Under the pieces are notes generated by a model. The model had not been told where the DNA came from. It saw only the letters and a program-made list of their open reading frames with translations, and did not search any database. Below, one piece after another: positions 52,736 through 61,700 of a DNA stretch of 64,000 bases. The position numbers were made by a program, and so were the translations under genes. Origin of the DNA: an uncultured Bacteroidia bacterium (lineage in GTDB: Bacteria > Bacteroidota > Bacteroidia > JAIBAJ01); NCBI GenBank assembly GCA_965284645.1, contig OZ260106.1:342992-406991 (forward strand), read 5' to 3'. Every line of letters starts with the position of its first letter. Position 1 is the stretch's first letter.

Positions 52736-55700
52736 GCACCGTAACTGTACCAGAGACTGTTTTGGTGTTACCATTGGGGAATTTCACTTCAATTTGGTAC
52801 ACATACATATCTGATTTAAGTGTCCCTTTGTAGGTACCATCCCATCCTGTTTCAATATCGTCGCTTACAAAGATTTGCTCGCCCCAACGTGTGAAGATAC
52901 GCATATAAAACCGTTTTAATCCCTCTGGTGCATAAGCTTTAAACACATCGTTTGTACCATCGTTGTTGGGCGAAATAGCGTTGGGAACCCATATAGCATT
53001 GTCGATTAGGCGCACAAATACGGTATCATAGGCTTCACAGCCATTGCTGTCAATAACGGTGAGGATAATTTCCGATTCTTCCCTAATTTGACCGGTAATA
53101 CTGGCGCAGGTATCGCATTCGTTCAAAGTCTCTGGATACCAATGGTAAGTATAACCTGGCGTTCCACCACTGCCAAATCCATCAATTTCAAACTCCTCCA
53201 TAGGTAAAATATCGTTTTCAGATTGAATTTCGGCGGTAACCTGGGTCGGCTGTTGAATGGTTGTAGCCAGCGATAATTCACAACCATTGCTATCCACCAC
53301 AGTAACCGCATAAAGACCAGCGCTTAAGTTAGAAATGGAATCGCCCATCAAGCCATTGCTCCAAAGAATAGCGTATGGTTCGGTGCCTCCGCGAAGGGTA
53401 ATACCAATTGCTCCGTCGCTGTAGCCGAAGCATGAAACATCGCGATAAGATAAAGTTCCAAGCAATTCGTTGGGTTGGGTAAGCTCAAAGCTCTCGGAAG
53501 CAGTGCAGGCTTGAGCATCTGTAATTAGCACAGTAAAGGTTCCAGCGGGCACTCCCGAAATAGAACTGGTGGTGCTTCCTGAATTCCATTGGTAAGTATA
53601 GGGCCCTGTACCACCCGTCACTGTAACAGAGGCCATACCATCTGCCAATCCAAAACAAGAAATGTTGCTTGAATCACTACTCAACTCTAATGCAGTTGGC
53701 TGGTTGATAGTTGCGCTGCCTGTTACGGTGCATCCATTGGCATCGGTAAGCTCGATAGCATATGTTCCTGCGATAAGGTTGGTTACATCCTCCGTATTCG
53801 CTCCCGACGACCAAACAAAACTATAAGGTAAACTTCCGCCTTGTGCTGTGATATCAATGCTTCCATCCGAAAGACCAAAACAACTAACATCCACCACAGT
53901 TAAAGCGTTAATGGCTAATAATGGAGGTTCTGTTATATCTAATCCTTGAATAGTGGAACATCCGTTGGCATCCGATACAGTCACATCATAATGGCCTTGC
54001 GCTAGATCGTTTCGAGAGGCTGCAACAGTACCATCGGCCCAAACAAATTGGTAAGCGGGGGTTCCTCCACTGGCCGAAAGGGTAGCTGACCCATCGGATA
54101 GTCCGAAACAACTAACCGCTGTAGTGGCATCCAAAGCAGACTGCAATGGACTTGGCTCTGCAATTGTTCCAGCTATCGTAGTAGTACAACCTTTAGAATC
54201 GGTAATATTAGCGGTATAATTGCCTTGTGGTAAGTTCGACTCGGTTAACCCGGCATTCCCACTTGGCCAAAGAATCGTATAGGCAGGTGTACCTCCGGTT
54301 ATGTCGATAGTTAAACTACCATCCGAACCTCCATTACAAGTAACATCGCTCGATGCAACCAAACTAGCCGATAAAACCGTTGGTTCTAAAATTGTTGCTT
54401 GATCCGAGGCTGTGCAACCCATATTATCCGTAGCAGTGACATCAATTGGTCCTGCTGGCAATTGTGTTGTGTTTGCACCCGTACCTGCATTACTCCAAGC
54501 ATAGCTAACAGGAGCTGTTCCTCCTTGGGCTAAGGCATCTGCCGTACCATCATTACCTCCAAAACATGATACATCTGTTGTGGAGGTAATGGATACTACA
54601 AATAAGGAAGGCTCAGCGATGGTGGCCACAGCAGAGGCTGTACATCCGTTGGCATCCGTAATGGTGGCTGTATAAATTCCTGCTGCTAAGTTTTGAGCCT
54701 GCTGAAGCAAATCGCCGTTGGTCCAGCTATATGAATAAGGTTGTGTTCCTCCGTTTCCAGAAACCTGTGCACTTCCATCTGTATAGCCAAAACAAGAAGC
54801 ATCCACCGTATTGGTAATGGTAGCCGTCAATTGAGACGGTTCATTAATCAAAGCAGTAGCCGTGGCGGTACAACCTAGTGCATCTGTAACCGTAATATCA
54901 TAACTTCCAACCAAAAGGTTAGCAGCATTGTCTAATGCATCCCCATTGGTCCACAAATAAGTATATACAGGCGTACCTCCCGAAGCAAGGGCCGAGGCAG
55001 TTCCATTGTTGCCACCAAAGCAGGAAACATCGGTGGTGCTGGTAATAAGCACATTTAACTGGGTAGGCTCGGTAATAGTAGCAGTAGTGGAAACTGTGCA
55101 TCCGTTGAGGTCAACTAAAGTAGAGGTGTAAGTTCCGGCTGAAAGATTGGTGGCTGTTGGCGCATTGGTTTGGCCATTGGTCCAGGTATTGGTATATGGC
55201 GGAGTTCCACCTGAAGCCGTCGTTGTAGCCGTGCCATCACTTCCTCCAAAACAAGATACATTAGTGGTAGATGCAACAGAATGTAGCAATAAAGTAGGTT
55301 CGGTAATAGTGGCATTAGCTGTGGATGTACAGCCGTTTCCGTCGGTCGCTGTAACTGTATAATTTCCTGCAACCAAGTTATTTATTGTAATCGCATTGGA
55401 TCCGCCTGTCCATAGATATGTTACACCAGCCACTCCTCCAGTAATTGAAGCGGTAGCGCTACCATCACTTCCACCAAAGCAAGACACATTGGTAATTGTT
55501 GGAATAGTGGCAACAAATAAGGCTGGTTGATTTATTGTAGCGGTTGCAGTTGTTACACAAGCATTGGCATCTGTTATGGTGGCGGTGTAGGAGCCAGCCA
55601 AAAGGTTGCTGGTTTGGGCTGTTTGATCACCATTTGACCAGCTAAAGGTGTAAGGAGCTGTTCCTCCTCCTCCGGCAACTGTGGCATCTCCATCAGCATA

Positions 55701-58700
55701 GCCAAAACAAGATACATCCGTGGTAGCCGTGATAGTAGCAGTAAGCTGGGTAGGTTGGGTAATAGTAGTAGTGGCCGTAGCGGTACAACCCTTGCTATCG
55801 GTAGCGGTAACGGTAAAACTAGTGGCCGTTAGGTTAGTAGCGGTGGCTGTGTTGTTGCCATTGGTCCAGCTGTAGGTGTAAGGTGCAGTGCCTCCCGCAG
55901 CCAAAGCTGTTGCGGTTCCATCATTGCCACCAAAGCAAGATACGTTGGTGGTAGTGGGAATGCTAACCGATAATTGGCTTGGTTCGGTAATAGTTGCCGT
56001 GGCGGTAGCGGTGCAACCATTGGCATCGGTAACGGTAGCAGTGAAACTACCCGCAGTAAGCAAACTGGCATTGGCGGTGGTATTGCCATTGGTCCAGGAA
56101 TAGGTATAGCCCGGTGTTCCACCCGCTGCTGCAACCGTTGCTGTTCCATCGTTGCCACCCAAACAAGAGACATCGGTAGTGGCTGAAATGGTAGCGGTCA
56201 ATAATGTGGGTTCGGTAATCGTGGTATTGGCTGTAGCGGTGCAACCATTGCCATCGGTAGCGGTTACGGTATAAGTTCCAGCAGTGAGGTTATTGGCTGT
56301 TATGGTATTGGCGCCACTTGTCCAGACATAGCTTACACCTGCTACTCCGCCAGTAACTGATGCAGTAGCACTACCATCACCTCCACCAAAGCAAGACACA
56401 TTGGTAATTGTTGGAATAGAGGCAACCAATAAGGCCGGTTGATTTATTGTAGCGGTTGCAGTTGTTACACAAGCATTGGCATCTGTTATGGTGGCGGTGT
56501 AGGCGCCAGCCAAAAGGTTGCTGGTTTGGGCTGTTTGATCACCATTTGACCAGCTAAAGGTGTAAGGAGCTGTTCCTCCGCCTCCGGCAACTGTGGCATC
56601 TCCATCAGCATAGCCAAAACAAGAAACATCCGTGGTAGCCGTAATTGTAGCAGTAAGTTGGGTAGGTTGGGTAATAGTAGTGGTGGCCGTAGCGGTGCAA
56701 CCCTTGCTATCTGTAGCGGTAACGGTAAAGCTAGTGGCCGTTAGGTTGGTAGCGGTGGCTGTGTTGTTGCCGTTGGTCCAGCTGTAGGTGTAAGGTGCAG
56801 TGCCTCCCGCAGCCAAAGCTGTTGCGGTTCCATCATTGCCACCAAAGCAAGATACGTTGGTGGTAGTGGGAATGCTAACCGATAATTGGCTTGGTTCGGT
56901 AATAGTTGCCGTGGCGGTAGCGGTGCAACCATTGGCATCGGTAACGGTAGCAGTGAAACTACCCGCAGTAAGCAAACTGGCATTGGCGGTGGTATTGCCA
57001 TTGGTCCAGGAATAGGTATAGCCCGGTGTTCCACCCGCTGCTGTAACCGTTGCAGTTCCATCGTTGCCACCCAAACAAGAGACATCGGTAGTGGCTGAAA
57101 TGGTAGCGGTCAATAATGTGGGTTCGGTAATCGTGGTATTGGCTGTAGCTGTGCAACCGTTGCCATCGGTAGCGGTTACGGTATAAGTTCCGGCAGTGAG
57201 GTTATTGGCTGTTATGGTATTGGCGCCACTTGTCCAGACATAGCTTACACCTGCTACTCCGCCAGTAACTGATGCAGTAGTACTACCATCACTTCCACCA
57301 AAGCAAGACACATTGGTAATTGTTGGAATAGAGGCAACCAATAAGGCCGGTTGATTTATTGTAGCGGTTGCAGTTGTTACACAAGCATTGGCATCTGTTA
57401 TGGTGGCGGTGTAGGCGCCAGCCAAAAGGTTGCTGGTTTGGGCTGTTTGATCACCATTTGACCAGCTAAAGGCGTAAGGAGCTGTTCCTCCTCCTCCGGC
57501 AACTGTGGCATCTCCATCAGCATAGCCAAAACAAGATACATCCGTGGTAGCCGTGATAGTAGCAGTAAGTTGGGTAGGTTGGGTAATAGTAGTAGTGGCC
57601 GTAGCGGTACAACCCTTGCTATCGGTAGCGGTAACGGTAAAACTAGTGGCCGTTAGGTTGGTAGCGGTGGCTGTGTTGTTGCCATTGGTCCAGCTGTAGG
57701 TGTAAGGTGCAGTGCCTCCCGCAGCCAAAGCTGTTGCGGTTCCATCATTGCCACCAAAGCAAGATACGTTGGTGGTAGTGGGAATGCTAACCGATAATTG
57801 GCTTGGTTCGGTAATAGTTGCCGTGGCGGTAGCGGTGCAACCATTGGCATCGGTAACGGTAGCAGTGAAACTACCCGCAGTAAGCAAACTGGCATTGGCG
57901 GTGGTATTGCCATTGGTCCAGGAATAGGTATAGCCCGGTGTTCCGCCCGCTGCTGTAACCGTTGCAGTTCCATCGTTGCCACCCAAACAAGATACGTTGG
58001 TAGTGGCTGAAATGGTAGCGGTCAATAATGTGGGTTCGGTAATCGTGGTATTGGCCGTAGCGGTGCAACCGTTGCCATCGGTAGCGGTTACGGTATAAGT
58101 TCCGGCAGTGAGGTTATTGGCTGTTATGGTATTGGCGCCACTTGTCCAGGCATAGGTAACACCCGCTACTCCGCCAGTTACAGAGGCAGTAGCACTACCA
58201 TTGTTTCCACCGAAACAGGATACATTGGTGGTGGTGGGTATGCTGGCAACAAATAAAGCCGGTTGATTGATGGTAGCTGTTGCTGTGGCGGTGCAGCCTT
58301 TGGCATCAGTTACCGTGGCCGTAAAGGTACCAGCCGCCAAATTGCTAGCCTGGGCCGTGTTGTTTCCATTGGTCCAGCTATACGTGTAAGGAGCTGTTCC
58401 TCCGCCTCCGGCTACTGTGGCATCTCCATCAGCATAGCCAAAACAAGAAACATCCGTGGTAGCCGTAATTGTAGCAGTAAGTTGGGTAGGTTCGGTAATA
58501 GTAGTAGTGGCAGTAGCGGTGCAACCCTTGCTATCCGTAGCGGTAACGGTAAAGCTAGTGGCCGTTAGGTTGGTAGCAGTGGCTGTGTTGTTGCCATTGG
58601 TCCAGCTGTAGGTGTAAGGTGCAGTGCCTCCTGCAGCCAAAGCTGTGGCGGTTCCATCATTGCCACCAAAGCAAGATACGTTGGTGGTAGTGGGAATGCT

Positions 58701-61700
58701 AACCGATAATTGGCTTGGTTCGGTAATAGTTGCCGTGGCGGTAGCAGTGCAACCATTGGCATCGGTAACGGTAGCAGTGAAACTACCCGCAGTAAGCAGA
58801 CTGGCATTGGCGGTGGTATTGCCATTGGTCCAGGAATAGGTATAGCCCGGTGTTCCGCCCGCTGCTGCAACCGTTGCAGTTCCATCGTTGCCACCCAAAC
58901 AAGATACGTTGGTAGTGGCTGAAATGGTAGCGGTCAATAATGTCGGTTCGGTAATCGTGGTATTGGCCGTAGCGGTGCAACCGTTGCCATCGGTAGCGGT
59001 TACGGTATAAGTTCCGGCAGTGAGGTTATTAGCTGTTATGGTATTGGCGCCACTTGTCCAGACATAGCTTACACCTGCTACTCCGCCAGTTACAGAGGCA
59101 GTAGCACTACCATTGTTTCCACCGAAACAGGATACATTGGTGGTGGTGGGTATGCTGGCAACAAATAAGGCCGGTTGATTGATGGTAGCTGTTGCAGTTG
59201 CGGTGCAGCCTTTGGCATCAGTTACCGTGGCCGTAAAGGTACCAGCCGCCAAATTGCTAGCCTGGGCCGTGTTGTTTCCATTGGTCCAGCTAAAAGTGTA
59301 AGGAGCTGTTCCTCCGCCTCCGGCTACTGTGGCATCTCCATCAGCATAGCCAAAACAAGAAACATCCGTGGTAGCTGTGATGGTAGCTGTAAGCTGGGTA
59401 GGTTGGGTAATAGTAGTAGTGGCCGTAGCGGTACAACCCTTGCTATCGGTAGCGGTAACGGTAAAGCTAGTGGCCGTTAGGTTGGTAGCGGTGGCTGTGT
59501 TGTTGCCATTGGTCCAGCTGTAGGTGTAAGGTGCAGTGCCTCCCGCAGCCAAAGCTGTGGCAGTTCCATCATTGCCACCCAAGCAAGACACATTGGTGGT
59601 AGTGGGAATGCTAACCGTTAATTGGGTAGGTTGGGTAATAGTTGCCGTGGCGGTAGCGGTGCAACCATTGGCATCGGTTACCGTGGCAGTGAAATTACCC
59701 GCAGTAAGCAGACTGGCATTGGCGGTGGTATTGCCATTTGTCCAGGAATAGGTATAGCCCGGTGTTCCACCCGCTGCTGCAACCGTTGCTGTTCCATCGT
59801 TGCCACCCAAACAAGAGACATCGGTAGTGGCTGAAATGGTAGCGGTCAATAATGTGGGTTCGGTAATCGTGGTATTGGCTGTAGCGGTGCAACCATTGCC
59901 ATCGGTAGCGGTTACGGTATAAGTTCCGGCAGTGAGGTTATTGGCTGTTATGGTATTGGCGCCACTTGTCCAAACATAGCTAACACCCGCTACTCCCCCA
60001 GTTACAGATGCAGTAGCACTACCATTGTTTCCACCGAAACAGGATACATTGGTGGTGGTGGGTATGCTGGCAACAAATAAAGCCGGTTGATTGATGGTAG
60101 CTGTTGCAGTTGCGGTGCAGCCTTTGGCATCAGTTACCGTGGCCGTAAAGGTACCAGCCGCCAAATTGCTAGCCTGGGCCGTGTTGTTTCCATTGGTCCA
60201 GCTAAAAGTGTAAGGAGCTGTTCCTCCTCCTCCGGCAACTGTGGCATCTCCATCAGCATAGCCAAAACAAGATACATCCGTGGTAGCCGTGATAGTAGCA
60301 GTAAGCTGGGTAGGTTCGGTAATAGTAGTAGTGGCCGTAGCGGTACAACCCTTGCTATCGGTAGCGGTAACGGTAAAGCTAGTGGCCGTTAGGTTGGTAG
60401 CGGTGGCTGTGTTGTTGCCATTGGTCCAGCTGTAGGTGTAAGGTGCAGTGCCTCCCGCAGCCAAAGCTGTGGCAGTTCCATCATTGCCACCCAAGCAAGA
60501 CACATTGGTGGTAGTGGGAATGCTAACCGTTAATTGGGTAGGTTGGGTAATAGTTGCCGTGGCGGTAGCGGTGCAACCATTGGCATCGGTTACCGTGGCA
60601 GTGAAATTACCCGCAGTAAGCAGACTGGCATTGGCGGTGGTATTGCCATTTGTCCAGGAATAAGTGTAGCCCGGTGTTCCACCCGCTGCTGTAACCGCTG
60701 CTGTTCCATCGTTGCCACCCAAACAAGATACGTTGGTGGTGGCTGAAATGGTAGCGGTCAATAATGTGGGTTCGGTAATCGTGGTATTGGCTGTAGCTGT
60801 GCAACCGTTGCCATCGGTAGCGGTTACGGTATAAGTTCCGGCAGTGAGGTTATTGGCTGTTATGGTATTGGCGCCACTTGTCCAGACATAGCTTACACCC
60901 GCTACTCCGCCAATAACTGAGGCAGTAGCACTACCATTGTTTCCACCGAAGCAGGATACATTGGTGGTGGTGGGTATGCTGGCAACAAATAAGGCCGGTT
61001 GATTGATCGTAGCTGTTGCAGTTGCAGTGCAGCCTTTGGCATCAGTTACCGTGGCCGTAAAGGTACCAGCCGCCAAATTGCTAGCCTGGGCCGTGTTGTT
61101 TCCATTGGTCCAGCTATACGTGTAAGGAGCTGTTCCTCCTCCTCCGGCAACTGTGGCATCTCCATCAGCATAGCCAAAACAAGATACATCCGTGGTAGCC
61201 GTGATAGTAGCAGTAAGCTGGGTAGGTTGGGTAATAGTAGCAGTGGCAGTAGCGGTACAACCTTTGCTATCGGTAGCGGTAACGGTAAAGCTAGTGGCCG
61301 TTAGGTTGGTAGCGGTGGCTGTGTTGTTGCCATTGGTCCAGCTGTAGGTGTAAGGTGCAGTGCCTCCCGCAGCCAAAGCTGTGGCGGTTCCATCATTGCC
61401 ACCCAAGCAAGACACGTTGGTGGTAGTGGGAATGCTAACCGTTAATTGGGTTGGTTGGGTAATAGTTGCCGTGGCGGTAGCGGTACAACCATTGGCATCG
61501 GTAACGGTAGCAGTGAAATTACCCGCAGTAAGCAGACTGGCATTGGCGGTGTTATTGCCATTGGTCCAGGAATAGGTATAGCCCGGTGTTCCGCCTGCTG
61601 CTGTTACCGTTGCAGTTCCATCGTTGCCACCCAAACAAGATACGTTGGTAGTGGCTGAAATAGTAGCGGTCAATAATGTGGGTTCGGTAATCGTGGTATT